Source: Thiobacillus sp. (GTDB taxonomy: Bacteria; Pseudomonadota; Gammaproteobacteria; Burkholderiales; Thiobacillaceae). From it: a DNA stretch of 64,000 bases. Both the position numbers and the translations under genes were made by a program. Each line of letters opens with the position of its first letter. The stretch's first letter is position 1. Shown here piece by piece: positions 63,163-64,000 of this stretch. Where the stretch lies: contig JAJPEP010000053.1 in NCBI GenBank assembly GCA_021166845.1, forward strand, positions 28,483 through 92,482, written 5' to 3'. The notes under the pieces were generated by a model. It had not been told where the DNA came from. It did no database searches and saw nothing but the letters and a program-made list of their open reading frames with translations.

Positions 63163-64000
63163 CGCAGGTCTCCGGCAGTCAGGGCTGCGACTTCTTCGGT
63201 CAGGTCGATTCCCGTCGGGCACCAGGCGATGCAACGGCCGCAGCCGACGCAGCCGCTGCGGCCGAACTGGTCGTGCCAGGTGGCCAGCTTGTGGGTGAGC
63301 CACTGGCGGTAGCGGCTGCGGATGTCGGGCCGCACGTTGAAGCCGTGCAGGTAGCCATGACTCTCGCCGAAGCACGAATCCCACACCCGCTCATGGCGGC
63401 TGCTCTGCCCATCGAGCGCGGGTTCGTCGGCCTCGGCATGGCAGAAACAGGTGGGGCACACCGCGGTGCAGTTGCCGCAGGCGAGGCAGCGCGCCGCCAC
63501 CTCGTCCCAGCGCGGATGTTCCAGCCGGCTCATCAAGGCTTCGCGCAGATTGCGCCCGGGCAGAGTGCGCGTCTGGGCGGCTGCGGCGGCCTGCCCCTGC
63601 TGGCGGGCGGCGTCGATCTGCTGCGGCGTGGCGGGCGACAGATCCAGTGCTCTCAACACCGCTTCCCCCTTCGCGCTGCCCGCCACCGCGACGAAACCTT
63701 CCGCCAGTTCCGCCAGCGCCAGGTCGTAGCCCGCAGTCGGGGTCGGGCCGTCGCCGGTCGATGCGCAAAAACACGTTGCCCCCGGTTCCGCGCATTGCAC
63801 GGCAACCAGGAACAGCCGCTCGCGCCGCTTGGCGTAGTGCGCGTCGCGCCGGCCTTCGGGCATGAAATGCGCGTCCTGCAGGGCCAGCGCCGCCAGGTCG
63901 CAGGCGCGCACGCCGACGATGGCCTGCGCCGGCGCGACCGGCTCCACTGCGGCGAACTGCAAGGCGCCCGCATCGTCCCGTTCCACGCGCCACAGCGATT
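63159..64000 (-). CDS. Group 3b hydrogenase beta subunit (AsrA-like 4Fe-4S); 5' end outside the window
   Basis: GVRACD, CFC, CLACGNCTAVCPTCFC, CVGCGRCIAWCP. Confidence 0.92.
   Translation of the reverse strand, partial: SLWRVERDDAGALQFAAVEPVAPAQAIVGVRACDLAALALQDAHFMPEGRRDAHYAKRRERLFLVAVQCAEPGATCFCASTGDGPTPTAGYDLALAELAEGFVAVAGSAKGEAVLRALDLSPATPQQIDAARQQGQAAAAAQTRTLPGRNLREALMSRLEHPRWDEVAARCLACGNCTAVCPTCFCHAEADEPALDGQSSRHERVWDSCFGESHGYLHGFNVRPDIRSRYRQWLTHKLATWHDQFGRSGCVGCGRCIAWCPTGIDLTEEVAALTAGDLR

Overview
GC-rich window that looks betaproteobacterial and like a sulfur oxidiser (Thiobacillus-like; inferred from aprMBA, a group 3b hydrogenase and the core gene context). Core genes (htpG, pepN, yffB-dapE-prmB, an Atm1-type ABC transporter, a MacAB-TolC-type exporter) alternate with accessory blocks. 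(1) A selenocysteine block: a UGA-recoded peroxiredoxin (PrxU type, split in the ORF track) with a SECIS-like hairpin, followed by selA, a Tat-signal transglutaminase-like gene, selB and tRNA-Sec. (2) A mosaic downstream of tRNA-Sec: orphan nuoI, GYD protein, tyrosine-integrase remnant, fpr, an intact IS3 element, and aprMBA with three downstream genes including an unannotated 53-aa ORF. Lower-GC spacers here carry a recurring degenerate palindrome. (3) Two decaying metal/redox gene blocks (about 17-22.5 kb and 38.5-43.3 kb) with several internally deleted genes. (4) A redox cluster at 48-58 kb: membrane-anchored FAD/2Fe-2S reductase, 4-His membrane protein, octaheme cytochrome c, QseBC-like pair, Crp/Fnr regulator, Tat-exported NapA/NasA-like molybdoenzyme with altered active-site motifs, tetraheme cytochrome and MOSC protein. 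PhoX and a group 3b [NiFe] hydrogenase operon follow. Also present are a group II intron RT remnant and two REP doublets. No CRISPR array or rRNA was seen. All calls come from motif recognition by eye; no database search was run.
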